A DNA stretch of 61,588 nt, the filler included, from Sphacelaria rigidula (lineage: Eukaryota), in NCBI GenBank assembly GCA_964200075.2. It is 7 parts of 7 records of this genome, joined end to end, with 100 filler letters (N's around TTAATTAATTAA, not from the genome) between each part and the next. Parts side by side here need not be neighbours in the genome. Positions count along the whole stretch, not along the records: positions 1 to 8,714 come from CAXNAA020010294.1; positions 8,815 to 17,527 come from CAXNAA020010295.1; 5 more parts are not named here. One strand, written 5' to 3'. Below the pieces are notes generated by a model, which saw nothing but the letters and a program-made list of their open reading frames with translations, was not told the origin of the DNA and did not search any database. Below, piece by piece: positions 1 to 12,234 of the stretch. The translations under genes and the position numbers were made by a program. Numbering within the stretch: position 1 is the first letter of the stretch; the number at the start of each line of letters is the position of its first letter.

Positions 1-48
1 GTCAAATGACTTAAGGCAAGCAACAAATGAGTACGCCCCCCCCCCCCC
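1..48 (+). mobile_element. 3' tip of RTEX-like LINE family A followed by oligo(C)
   Basis: GTCAAATGACTTAAGGCAAGCAACAAATGAGTACG then a C-run. Matches the 3' end of the long LINE copy at 47826-49507. Confidence 0.85.
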
Positions 49-825
49 GCCCCCAAGGTACGACCTCAGTTGGGAACGCAGGCAGTTCACCGTGTCTGCG
101 AGGAACGCTTACTGGTGGAAATATATATATATGTGCATTCGAAGTGTCTCTCCCCCACTGCGGTGTGAGCAGGGCTCGCTCCTCGCCCGTCATTCCTAGT
201 GGGGGAGGAGAGCACCCCAGCCAATCGCGTAGGTCGTGGCGGACCCAGCAAGGATGTTGTGGGCGGGGTTAATAACCGGGTATTTACCCTCCCGAATCTT
301 GTGTTACGATGGTCTGAAGATCCAACTCTCTCCGAATATGGGGTAAAGCCAGGTACGATCGCATCACCTTAACGAAAATCTTGGTATTGTCGAGTAAGAT
401 ATCAAAACTCTGCCCAAGCCTTGGGGTATTTAGAGTAGGATATTAAAAAAATACCCAAGTGATGGGAAAACCCTACGAACACACCCTTGGAAGCCAGAGG
501 TAAGGCACGTACATATAACTCGGCACCCAGCCAGGATCGTTCAAAGCCAAAGAAGAGCATGGCACCCGAGTCTGTCAAGTCATCATTCCAGCGAATATGT
601 GGCGCCGATTCCAACAGATGTAAACCCACCGATTGTCGCGGGTAAGCAGGAAAGGCTTCAATCCCCAGACTGCGAAAGTATTTCAAGAGTACCCCGTACG
701 TGTGTTACCCATGCTCCCACAAGACGGTAAAACAAGTGGACAGTGTTTTTCCGCGCATGCTGACATGGGATGAGTACGAGCATACCAAAATCATGGCACG
801 AGCTTCGGCACCATTACAGAGACGC

Positions 826-835
826 GACACACACA

Positions 836-867
<32 letters not shown>
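826..867. repeat. (CA)n microsatellite
   Basis: About 20 CA units, directly visible. Confidence 0.95.
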
Positions 868-869
<2 letters not shown>

Positions 870-875
870 ACTCAC

Positions 876-974
876 GCCTGGGTCCAGGTGGGCCGTGTGG
901 CCCATGCCCATGCCCAGGTCCATGTCCTGGCCCATGCCCTGGTCCGTGTCCGTGTCCATGTCCATGTCCCGGTC
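876..974 (-). CDS. Isolated 99-nt internal exon, probably encoding a Gly/His/Pro repeat (GPGHGHGHGHGPGHGPGHGPGHGHGPHGPPGPR)
   Basis: Minus-strand GGGGCAG| acceptor and |GTGAGT donor. Length is a multiple of 3. Third-position variation (GGA/GGG, CAT/CAC, CCA/CCT) is synonymous in this frame. Confidence 0.65.
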
Positions 975-1765
975 CTGCCCCACGACAGATATGGAGTAGG
1001 GAAAAAACACGGGGGAAAGAGCGAGGAGCGGGGTTGGGGAAGTATTAGCATGGGAGAAGAGGCTACTCATGAAGCGCACGTCACGAGCATATGTGGAAGC
1101 TAGTCCCAGCGACAGAGACCAACAACCATCTCCGGGGCGAGCAGCGCCAGAAGCAGCAAGAAGCACGACATAAGGAGAAGGCCCCCGTCAACTGCATACC
1201 CCCCTCAACCAGAGAGGCGCCGCGCGCTGGTCGAGTCATTGGGGTATCATTACCATTCTACATGATGCCAGGCACACCCAGTGGAGCTTCTTTCCTCTGC
1301 TCTGGTGGGAGCAGGGCCCACTCGAAAGGGCAAAATCAAAAATCAAAATCGAGATCGATTTTCAAATCCCATGATGGAGTGTAGGGGTACGCGGAGCATG
1401 TACAAAAATCGCCGAAAACGGACGATTGAAATCCCAAGCAACTGACCCGTGTTCATACAGAACGCCGAGAAACATGAGACGGATCCTTTTACTTTCCCAG
1501 GTGCCAAAACTTGTGGTCGACATCTTTGGTCGACGTCTGTACCTTCGTTCGTCTTCGGTCTTCCTCACACCTAACGGTATTAAACTTTTTCGATGTCAAG
1601 CGCACGTGCTGGGAGCTTTTTACTCTAGGGCTGAAAAAATCGGAAGTAGTTTTGGTCGTAGCTCATTCAGAGCAATGGGCCAACCACATGAACATTCATA
1701 TACCATGCATATCTCTCGTTCTAACTTTCGTTTGATTCTTTGTTCATGCTTATGCACCCGCCTCA

Positions 1766-1862
1766 AACCTAAGACCGCGGTAGTCCATCTGGATCATAGT
1801 TACGTTTTCCAAGTGGTATATTGATGCCGATTCAGCAGATGACCAACCCTCGCGGTCAAAGG
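1766..1862. mobile_element. Short piggyBac-like MITE; related copies near 16728-16800, 17927-18022, 27039-27186, 28619-28715
   Basis: Ends resemble CCCTT(T/A)GACCGC...GCGGTCAAAGGG. Shared core CATCTGGATCA...TTCCAAGTG...TGATGCCGATTC. TTAA precedes CCCTT at 28619. Confidence 0.6.
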
Positions 1863-2364
1863 ATGAAGAACCGGTTTGATTGAAAAAAAAACTGCGCACA
1901 AATCAAGTTACCGAAAAATACCACGTATACGGCCCCTGGGTACTGGCATTTTGGGACCCCCAAAGTCATCACCCTGGAATGGTACTCAGGGAAAAGAGTG
2001 TGTACACGACCAACGGGTCGTATACACCATATTCGACGATATAATGCTTATTTTGCCCTGTAACTTAGTGTGCGCGTTACTAGCACCCGAGGCGGGATGG
2101 ATTTCCGGTGTCTGTTTTAGATACCAGATCCACAGTCGCTCGAAAGTCACAAATAGCTGTGCCCGAAACACTGAGAAAAAACACCTAGAATCGTGTGTAG
2201 ATTTACCGAGCTCTTGGGTAGTGTATAGTAGTCAGCATCAGAAGTTTTCAGAATTCGTAGTTGTTGTAGTTCTTGAGTTTTTCTCGAGTATTATTGTTCA
2301 ATACTGCTTGGAAGTGCTAGCGCCGGTAGATTTAGGGGGAAAGCGTAGGCCGCGCTCAAGCGAC

Positions 2365-2785
2365 AGTGCCCAAGTTGGTGTTTTTAGGGCGATACGGACT
2401 AGATACCCCGTTTATCAGGAGGGTGTTATAGACCGTTTTTGGTCCAGTCTAATCAGTTTACCGGCTCTTCCGCAACGAAACGGTAAATATTCAGATAAAT
2501 GAATACACATACAATTCTTCAAAATAACGATCAAGATTTAATTTCCCTCCTATACTGCACAGACCTATCAAGCATTTTCTGCGGATGGCCTCTTTTCGGG
2601 GGGTTTTCGCATGGCATTTCCTATGAGCACTCGAAAGTGCTACCGTCGATAGTTGAAGCAAAATAAGCAGACCGTGCTCATGCCCAAGTTGGTGTTTTTG
2701 GGGCGATACGGACTTGATACCCCGTTTATCAGGGTGTTGTGGACGGTGAATGGTCCAAGAAACATAGCTTTCTGGCTAAACGTTA
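2365..2785 (+). repeat. Two dispersed direct repeats (about 2365-2470 and 2681-2785) of a non-autonomous DNA-transposon family, also present inverted near 31420-31510
   Basis: Shared TGCCCAAGTTGGTGTTTTT.GGGCGATACGGACT.GATACCCCGTTTATCAGG. Confidence 0.75.
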
Positions 2786-3617
2786 TGCGCGCATACGGAA
2801 CGAAAGCCTAGGGGGGGTGGGGGGTTCAGTAAATATGAAGGCGGACCTTGCTATAGCTAAAATCCGGTCAAATGGCCCTGATTTTTGAACGAGCAAAGTG
2901 ATACGATGACCACGAGTAGCGCACGTTGTGAAAAACTCGTATGGCCTGTTCGTCCCTTTCAATATTATTTTTCCGGCCTCATCCCTCAAAACCTCAGATG
3001 AGAACGCGGGTGACATTTCCCGGAGAAACATGTTGGTCATTTCTGTTAGGACCAGCGCCTAGTCCGAGGCCTATTTTCTAGAAAGAAATCTGAAGGGTAG
3101 ACAATCCGAGTACAATGTTTTACAAGCGCAGGGGAACCACCACTTCGCCGGTTTCGAGGGATGTCAAATGTTTCCGCGTTTCCGCTCAGCGATTTTCGCA
3201 GGGCAGGGGTGCATGTTCCCATGCACCCCTGCGCAAGCAGCACGCTGACTCACCACTCCCGCTGGGGTATATTTACGCAAACGTGCCATCTGCCTTTGCT
3301 CTCGCATTCTTGGTATTTGTTTAGGAAATGACGACACACCTTCAGCATACTCGATGTTGCAGTGCATAGGTCACGTCATCTCAACTGCACAGACAGGGAG
3401 TGTTACTCCTGCTGCAGTACCCACCACATGTACATACAAGGAAACAAGTTCTATCGGAGGCTGAATAAACGCGACGCTAGTGCTCGACAGATAATCAGGC
3501 CTGACGGTTATCCCGAACTCCCCCTGCTCTCCCCCAAGAAGACCTTGGAATTATAAGCCAATGATACTGTTCCGGGGCGAAGCTAGCGTTCAGCTATGTA
3601 TGTTCATACATAGTCCA

Positions 3618-4068
3618 AGACTCACTTTTATGGCAACTAATCTGTATCTGTACAAATATGAGGATTTCAGTCCGTTTAAATCCGACTTTCTCCCGTGGAT
3701 TAATTTTTCGGACCCCAGTCCGTGGGGCAATGTTTTTCGCCCACCTCTGAGGAAACCAGTTCAAATCTCCGATTCTCTAGGCGCTGACTTTTGGTTTACC
3801 TTTCTGCTCAGATCGAGATACTCACTTTTGGTTCATCTTTCTGCTCAGATCGAGATACTGCAGCTCTCGATCTGAGCAGAAAGGTGATGAACCAAAAGTC
3901 GGCGCCCAGAGAATCGGAGAATTGATCAAGTTTCCTCAGACCTAGGCGGAAGACCTTGTCCAACAGGCTGGGGTCCGAAAAATCAATCCACGGGAGAAAA
4001 TCGGAGTTGAACGAAGTCAAATCCTCATATTTGTACGAATACGGATTGGCTGCTATACAAAGTGGTCT
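3618..4068. mobile_element. Foldback element / palindromic MITE (about 450 bp) with an internal duplication near the apex
   Basis: Left arm GTACAAATATGAGGATTT...GATTCTCTAGGCGCTGACTTTTGGTT is the reverse complement of the right arm. CTTTCTGCTCAGATCGAGATACT occurs twice. Confidence 0.85.
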
Positions 4069-5908
4069 AACTCTTCGACCGTGACGGTGCGTCGTCAAAG
4101 GTGACCCATCTTGTCGGTCAACGGGTCACGGGTCTGATGCCGTCGCTGCTCACAGGGGACAGGCGTCGTTTCAAAATATGACCCATCCCGGTGGTCAAGG
4201 TAACCAGCAGCCCTTAGGGTGCTCAAGGGTGTCCATCTGTTGAAATTACTCCACTCCAGGTGTGTACATTACACGCGGCGTAAAATCTCAAAGAGGCCGA
4301 GTCTCCGACCCACTTTAATGGCAACGGATCTCAATTTTTTTGGGACCCCGATTTAAAAAAAATCGGCGGGACCGTTTCATGGCACAGCACAGTATCACGG
4401 ATTTGTGAAACGATTCTGTGTAAAGACGTTCATTTTCTGAATGGATGTGCTACTGCTTGCTCGTGCATGAAGCCGAAGAGCAGGCAGGCAGTGAACAATC
4501 CTTCGAGTACAATGTCGTCCCTTGGTACCTCAGGTTGATACAGTGCAGGACACTACATCAGTACAGTACATGGTAATGCCGTGTGGTGGTGCATGATGGC
4601 ACAGCCAGTATCGCGAGAACAGAGAACAAACCGTGCGCGAGCAGAGTTCAGTAGTGCAGTGCCGTACATGACCGTTCAGGTACAGCGACAACGGCCACGA
4701 GAGTACAGTAGCGTTCGTCATAGTTATACATAAAGCAGCGCAGCGAAGCATAAAATATTACCCTCGCCGCAATGTACGGCGTCAGCACTTATTATGCGCT
4801 TGTCAAACCCCGTGCGAGGTGCTTCAGCAGCTGGGGGGTGGGCAGTAGGCGCGCCCTGCGCTCTGCCACAAGACTGTCTTCTGCTGTCGTTGCAAAAATA
4901 TCAAATGCCTCGTATTCTAGCATTTTACGCCAATGCACGTACGTCGCCTCAGAAAAATGGGGGGGGACCACGATCTCGGAACATTTTTTTCACATTTTAT
5001 TTTCAATTCGGGGCAAACCGTTTCGACATCGTGACTCCCCGATTTTTTCGACCCCCATTTAGTCCGAATCCGTGTGCACAAACGTATTCCTTCATTTCTC
5101 TTCCCCCGGTGCTCGAAAAAATCGAGATTCGTGCCAGCCATAGAAGTGGATCTTTCGAGGCAAGAAAAAAGGCGGAAGAAGTAACAGGATCGCAATGTCA
5201 AAGAGTGTGCTGCGTACATCATTCAATCCTTCGTCTACTACGATAGACGCAATCGTCGATACTTTACGCAGACACTTCTCGACAACGTGATGCACTGTCC
5301 GGGGTGTGAAACGCATCCGCTGCCTGTGAGGCGATCCTAGATGAGCAACAGTTGTCGATAGGGCAGGGTACTTCTGAGAGTTTGTTCAGATGTTTTGTAC
5401 TTCGAGTATGATGGGCGGGAAAATGAGGGGGGCATGGGGTGGAGATCTTTCCGTTAGATGGGAAGGCTCCATTCAGGGGTCGGGAGGAGGGGAGGGGGGG
5501 GAATGGGGGGGCGTGTGTTTCATTTGGTCAGTTGTACCGCAAAAATTCAGGAGTACGACACAGACTGTTGTACTACACACGCGGATTGTAGGCGTCCGAT
5601 TAGTGCACGCGTACAGTACCTTGTTCTGGCTGGGCTGCTTGCTGTCGCCGCGGTACACGGCGGGTTTGTCCCAAACCGTGCTTGCAGGATCTAGAGTAAC
5701 AATGATCTTTTATGAGAGACAACAAGGGTGCCTGTGCGGACCAATTGGGGACCATTTTCAGCCAATCTCACGTCAACATGACGCCGATTCACAAACGTAA
5801 AAATTGTCAGTGGGTTCCCAAAGGGTTAACGATTTACCCGCAGTGCGATTCAAGTCTGCACTAAACTTATTCATGATGACATTTTCTTCTAGTATGCACT
5901 GGCCGGTC

Positions 5909-5978
5909 GCCCCGGTGGCTCAGTCGGTAACGTCATAACCTTCTTATGGTCGAGTAGTGGGGTTCAATTCCTGGAGCG
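5909..5978 (+). mobile_element. Degenerate tRNA-like sequence (tRNA-Lys-like), probably a SINE head or tRNA pseudogene
   Basis: Pol III A-box TGGCTCAGTCGG, B-box GGTTCAATTCC, and an anticodon-like arm AACC-TTCTTAT-GGTC. D- and T-stems pair poorly. Confidence 0.6.
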
Positions 5979-8714
5979 AACTAGGATGTTTTCTTACACC
6001 ATGCCCAACAGTGGATAGCGACCATGTCGTGGGTACACAAGATTCTACTCGACGCTCGACGAGGGAAAGGGACCGCTAAACCCTTTTCGCGATATAAAAA
6101 ATGAAGGCAAGCACCGCAGAAGGACGGTGGGGTACGAAAAAAAAAGGATCCTGTGTTGACCTTCCTCGCTTGTGACCCCGGCTGGTGCGCCCACATATAC
6201 CGAAAGATGTAGACCGGCGCCCAGAATATATGGGACGACAACACACACACATACACACCCACCCACACATGCACCGGTTGTCCCGTGAGCGGGATACGTG
6301 AAAATATGGTGGGGGTTGGCGGAGCGGAGGGCAACACGACACATTTCCAATGATAATCAACCGTTGCAATTTTCTTCGAATCACTGATTAGCTGGTGCCT
6401 GGCGCTTCGCATTTTGTTTGGTGACCGTCGAGGCGAACCCGTGCAGAACGCTCCAACAAGCGTGCCCGATGAAATATGTGAAGATACAACGCGTTCCTCG
6501 GATTCCTGATGTTCCCTGAGTTCACTCTGCAGGTCAAGTCACGCTCTTATATGACGATGTGTTCCGCGTGATGCAGTACATGCAGCTCGAACGTGCTCAT
6601 GGTCGGGGTCGGCGAGAAGCTTGTGCTGAGATGTGGGGCCTATGGGCGGCTTGGTCGCCTATTAATCGATCGGAATCGAAATGAGCTGCGACTGAACATT
6701 TGATTTTGATTCGATCATCCCCACATTAGTTGATTGCAACAATCGATGTTGTGACTGACCATGAACCTTGGTCGATCTACTGTCTCTCTATGCTGTTTTG
6801 TAGGAAGGAAAATGACACAAAACTCAATTTGCTGTACAAAGGGAGACTGCACCTGTCAGGACACGGAAAGGAACAGGACCAGGGTTTAGAGGGTGGGGGA
6901 AAGCATGACAGTACCTGACAGTACCGATAATACTGTATATCGATTCCAATGTCTCGAGTGCTACTATACTGGGACGGGACCAGAACCAATCATCATCACT
7001 TTCATCTGTCATCACAGCAAGCGGGAGCAATATCGTATGCGGCGAGCTAGGAGAGGGGCTGCACGGTGTATCTGTCACGCGCCCAAGCTGTGGGGAGACA
7101 CCCTTGTGCTATGTTTTGAAAACCAGGGATAACTGCTATAAAACTAGCCGTAGTTTCCTACGAGAGAGCATCATTTTGGGATGCAAGATGGCATCGACCG
7201 TGACAGGTGAAAGACAGGTTCATCTGGCCGCTGTGCCATCGCCGTAATATCTGTGCTATATTAGCTAGCGGCTCGTCTATTCTTGGGCACGAGTACATCG
7301 ATGCAATGAGAGGCTAGGTTCTACACCGGTGTTGCCGCTTTCATCAATGGAACAAGGGAACCATTCCAGAGCTTGTTCAGCAAAGCGCACGAGTCTTCTG
7401 CAGAAGCTACTACAGCTACACTAGGTGCTGCAGTGAAAGCGAGCATATGCGGAGGGTGGTATCATTTTCTCCGAGACCCGTATCGAAATGCCGCATCGAT
7501 CTGAAGTCGTGACATTGGTGATACAACCTCACATGAAGAAATACAGTGCCGATCTATCCATCAGGGGTCTCTGTCCTTGCTCGGTCCAATATCTGCGTCA
7601 AATATAGCACTCACCAGGCATTATGCGTCAGCCTTTCCTTCCGAGACAGCAATCGCCCAAACCTCAACGCGTTGCTAAATATCCAGTTGCTGATTGAGTG
7701 GGATGGGCAAGGGGTTGGCGGTGAAGCGGGCGGAGGAGATTGGAAGAGTCTAAAAATTGGACAGGAAACAACAACTGACAGTGCTGACAAAAGTAATTAG
7801 TTGCAGAACATTGGAACATGACTACAAAAATGGGGATGCATATATATGCGTGATTTATTTGCTATGGCTGGTTGGTTGGTTGGTTGGCTGGGTTTATGGT
7901 GGACGATAATTGCGATTCTTTGTTCTGTGGTTGGTGGTATTGGGGGCCTTGAGTCTCGCCCGTAGTCGAACCCTTTGTTTATTTCTACTTGGCCTCGCGC
8001 GTCGAGTTGAAAAGCCGGGTGCCACCCCCTGAGAGTCAAATGGCTACCTGCAGCACCGGATCTTCTGAGGTTGTAGCTAGCCGATGTACTCTCTTCCCTC
8101 TTTATGATTTACCCCTGTTTTGCTAGTATCGCGTTTTGTGAAAATCTACACGTAGATCCTCTTCTTCTTTTTTTTCGATTTCCTTATACCTCACCATAGG
8201 TACGTAGCTAGTCTTTGACCACGGAAGGCGTCTGCATCAGATGCCCAGTACGAATACACCGCGTAGATATCGAAACGGTTTTTTTTATGTGAAGCCAAGA
8301 ACAAGAACACTGAACAACAATAACAATAATGGGAGGTGCATGATCATCCGTGATACGTGATACTGTAGGCGAAACGGAACATTCGCCGACGGTTTCATGT
8401 TACATGTTTCATATCCAACGGCCGAAGAGGATTTGACGAAAACGTCGCGAAAGTACGTCAAGTCTCATCACACACATCTCTCAGCTCTGTGAAAATGGCA
8501 CATGTCACTGTGCTTGACGTAGACAGTGTTATTCAGTACAGTGATATAGCGTACGGGGGCCGAATAGATGACAGGTGCGCCCGCAAGTCAGGTCAAGACG
8601 TACAGGACTATGACCACGGGCCCGCGAGACTCTAATGTCAGGCGACAAAGCTCGGAAGCGCCCACCGCCCCGCTCTACACCGTTGGTCCCCACGGGCTCC
8701 CCTCAACAGAGACG

Positions 8715-8814
8715 NNNNNNNNNNNNNNNNNNNNNNNNNNNNNNNNNNNNNNNNNNNNTTAATTAATTAANNNNNNNNNNNNNNNNNNNNNNNNNNNNNN
8801 NNNNNNNNNNNNNN
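8715..8814. other. Artificial 100-bp contig spacer (N44-TTAATTAATTAA-N44); identical spacers at 17528-17627, 26341-26440, 35154-35253, 43966-44065, 52778-52877
   Basis: Six identical spacers with a linker carrying stops in all frames. Intervening segments decrease monotonically from 8714 to 8711 bp, as in a size-sorted concatenation. Confidence 0.98.
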
Positions 8815-8883
8815 TCGCGTGGGCCTCTCTCCTTACTCTGATAGCCTCTTTCACTTCCTCATCCCACCATTTTACTGCTGCTG
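8815..8883 (-). mobile_element. 5' junction of a longer LINE copy cut by the contig end (AAVKWWDEEVKEAIRVRREAHA)
   Basis: WWDEE motif typical of the LINE ORF2 endonuclease-RT linker. Starts right after a C-run on the minus strand. Confidence 0.65.
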
Positions 8884-8922
8884 AGGGGGGGGGTGGTGGG
8901 TCCGTGTCCGATATTTTTCTCT

Positions 8923-11020
8923 CGAGAGCCCCTCGCGGAGGCCCTGGTTAACGTTGAACCGCTCAGCTGTCTCGCCGCTGCCTAGGCGTACGCATGCCCG
9001 CATGCTGTCGTGAAACTGGCGGATGATCGATATTTCCTTGGCGGGGATGCCGTATTGTGCTAAAACTCTCCAGGGAAGAGAGCGGTCCAGTGAGTCGTAT
9101 GCTCTTCGGGGGTCGATGAAGCACATGTACAGAAGAAGATTTTCTCTCTGGCCAGTTCTTGAAGGCTGCGCACAGTGAACATCATGTCGACTGTGGACCG
9201 GCCAGGTCGGAAACCGCATTGTGCTTGTTGGAGGATTCCATCCCACTCGCAGTAAGCACTGCGGCGAGTCGCAACTATCTTGAGTATCACCTTGCTCGCG
9301 TAGGACCCGAAATAAATGCGGTAGTTGCCGCATTCGTGGGAGTCCTGTTTCTTGAAGAGCACCTTGATGCTGATGTTTTTCCACTCTAGCGGCACTACTT
9401 GCTGCCGCCACACGGTGAGCACGATGTTGTGGAGACACGTCAGGATGGCAGAGTCTTCGGTGCGGCCGAGCTTCAATAGTTCGCCACAGATGTTTTCCGT
9501 CCCAACGGCCTTGCCGTGTGCCAGCTTGCCCACCGCTTCCTTCACTTCTGCTATCGAGGGCTCCGCCGCGAGCGGTGCGTGCTCCGGTATCTGTTCGATG
9601 AGATCGATGATGGAGTGGTCGATGGTAGGCGAGGTTGCGTTCAGCAGTGTTTCGAACCATTTCTTCCACCGTTGAAGCTTGCTTGTTCCGCAACAGCCCG
9701 CCAGTCGCGCTTCTGATGTAAGTTGAGTTGCTCTTTTTTTTCCCGTCCAGTTCCAAGTACTTGATATGCCGGTACAGTCCCGCTTGATCCTACGAACAAA
9801 CTCCGCGGTCCGGACTGTGAAGTCGTGAACGAGGTTCTGCAGGTCAGCGTTCTTCACTCGCGTGAACGCGTTGTCTGTCACCTTCAGCGGCTTCTTCATT
9901 TGCTCGCAGTTTCTTCCATGCACTTTCCCTGAGATCCCACGCCCCTTGAAGGCGATCCTGAAGTTGAGTTGAGTCACTGAAACCCCTAAATGGGATTCTC
10001 TGGGGGGCATCGAGGGCGTGTATCCGCGGCCGTCTGTCCAAGGGCGCTGACGAAGGTGGATACCATGTCGTTGACGTCCAGTACTGCGGGGAGTTGGTGG
10101 CATTCAACAGCTTTGCGACAATGGCCTGTGAAACAGTCGGTCGGATGCGAGGGCGTTGCGGTCGATACGCGGTCCACTAATTCCGCCTCTCGGTTTCGGT
10201 CGGCGGGTGGGTGTGTTGCGTTGCGTTCGAGGAGACGGATGGTGGCTGAGACCAGACGACGTCCCGACTTCATTTCGGGGTGCACAGTGACATTTCGGAC
10301 GAGTCTGTGGTCTTGCTGTAGGACTAGAATGTAATCCAGGCGCAAGCGGCATTCTACCTTCGGCCCCGCATATGTGTATATGGTCGAGCTTTCCCCGCGA
10401 ATCGGTGTGCGAAAAAATGTGTTGGTGATGGCCATTTTTTTGTTCCGCAGCGCATTCCGGTAGGCGTCTACAGTTATCATTCTGGGTGTCTCTGCCATAT
10501 TCTGTCAATACCCAAACGTCATTCATGCCTCCTTCTTCTCTCTTTCCGGTATGAGCATTGGCATCCATCACAAGTACCAGGTGGTCGTCGGTGGACTACC
10601 GAGGGTCTTTCAAAACTTGGTGTTTTCACAAGCTCGTGCTGTCTCAGGAGGAGCATACCCTGCGATGGAGGTTGTTGCAACTCGATGCCTTGAAGCAACT
10701 CGTACCTTGATGACCCTGGCACTCACGTGTTCGGGGGCGATGGCTTCTGGGCCCAGCGTGCGGGCGATGGACTCCTTGATGGCGAGGTCGACTCCTAGCA
10801 TCCCCGGTTCATCCCCGGTTCCATGGCGGTGGTCGCTGCAGTGAATGACGTATCCTGCTGCCGGTGCGTGGAAGGTTATTCGTCCATCGCGACGGATGTT
10901 TTGACGGGCGACGGGATCACAGTTGTATTTGGATGCGAAAAGTAGCAGGTCCTCGGCGTGGCCTGTGCCGTTGGAACCTCTCTCGGCCACGGTGCGTACA
11001 TCATTCCAAGTGACCACCAC
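8923..11020 (-). mobile_element. Decayed RTE-clade non-LTR retrotransposon ORF (APE endonuclease plus N-terminal RT), frameshifted and 3'-truncated
   Basis: APE motifs TWNDVRT, GYAP, MDANA, ITNTFF, LDYILV. RT motifs CGNYR, QCGFRPGRSTVDMMF, CFID..RAYDS.DR, QGLREG. Split across several frames. Confidence 0.93.
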
Positions 11021-11115
11021 CAGCTCTTTGGATCGAGACTCCGCCTTTACGGCGGTGCGACGGGCGCGAGCCTGAGCCTTGGCAGCTCGTCGGCCTGGTT
11101 TTTCCCTCCTTCCCT

Positions 11116-11520
11116 TAACAGCTGATCATGGAAATTGAGGATGAGAACCCGGAAAATTGTAATCTTATCCACACCAAACCTTCGAAATATGGTCCCATCC
11201 CTTGATCTACTGGTGGCTATTGACAACTGGTACACTCCCTTCAAATCTGGATTTCGATAACCGAAATGTTGGGGTCCAATTTTGGGGAATTTCTGTCATC
11301 CGATCGCATGGCCGAGATACCCCAAAATTGGTTCTTCACTGAGGACCCCAACATTTCGGTTGTCGAAATCCAAATTTTGTTGGGCGTGTAACAGGTGTCG
11401 AAAGCTACCCGTAGGTCAAGGGATAGGGCCATATTTTGAAGATTTAATGTGGATACGAAGATTTTAGTCCTCCGAGTTCTCCATGAGAAGCCCCATCCTG
11501 AATATCGATGATCGGCTGTT
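11116..11520. mobile_element. Palindromic MITE (about 405 bp) inserted in the RTE 5' region
   Basis: Ends AACAGCTGATCAT / ATGATCGGCTGTT. Arms complementary along their length (GGATTTCGATAACCGAAATGTTGGGGTCC / GGACCCCAACATTTCGGTTGTCGAAATCC). Confidence 0.85.
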
Positions 11521-12141
11521 TCTTCCTTCCTTTTGCCATGTCCCTTCCCTGTTGGAATTCGATCCAGCGTTCGTGGGCTATTCTCTGTTTTCAAGCACTC
11601 TTCTGCCTACGCTGGTTCATCCCTCTTCGTTACTGCGCGGGGTTCAGCGGGCCCCGCGCACGTCGAGCTCCATCAAGTCGACCTTTTTGCCTAGACGTAT
11701 GCCGCTCTCTGCTCTCAGACCTACGGCAATAATGCTTTCGGCGGTGGCGATGATTAGTCGGATTAGCAGCCCCCGCCGGCAGGAGTAGGGCGTGTTCCGT
11801 CACCATCGTCATGTAACTGTACGGGTGTTAATCACCGTATGGTGAAGTCAGTACTGCCCAGCGCGATAGGCATTTAATCTCACACCGCTGTGGTCCGGAG
11901 CAGGTAGATAGTAGAATTTACTCTCTGCACAAGCCAAGTGTTCTACTCTTCCAGGGGTCGTTGTCTTAGCTGGCCAAAACCCGGTCTCGGTGGTTCGGAT
12001 CTGCGACCGGGGGAGAGTATCGACTGTATCACGGATGATGAACACCGTACAGCTTGCGCGCGCGGGGTACTTCGAAAGAGGGAGTCACCCAGCTCCTTCA
12101 CGGACGTGGTATGGAGCAGTTTGACAGCAGGCGTCACTGAT

Positions 12142-12234
12142 TCTCCGTATTAGCCAAATGCTGTCTTTCCTTGGGCCGCTGCTCGCAGCCGTCCCAACCC
12201 GGCCTCAGTGCTGATGTCCGAGGCCGGGGGGAAG
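12142..12234 (-). repeat. Conserved structured module upstream of the RTE ORF; second copy at about 35268-35365
   Basis: Both copies share CTCCGTA.TAGCCAA...TTTCCTTGGGC.GCTGC...CCCGGCCTCAG...CCGAGGCCGG. Confidence 0.7.

Noticed and set aside
145-215. Hairpin containing CTCCTCGC, resembling an HDV ribozyme L3
   Set aside because: Could not assemble P1/P2/P3/P4 in the required order by eye.
770-1048. Metallothionein-like Cys-Pro repeat ORF (PCPCPGPCPG) on + strand
   Set aside because: Antisense shadow of the Gly-His exon. It runs through a (CA)n microsatellite, and the splice signals are on the minus strand.
8759-8770. Regularly spaced TTAATTAATTAA motif every ~8.8 kb
   Set aside because: Embedded in N-runs; an artificial all-frame-stop linker, not a biological repeat.
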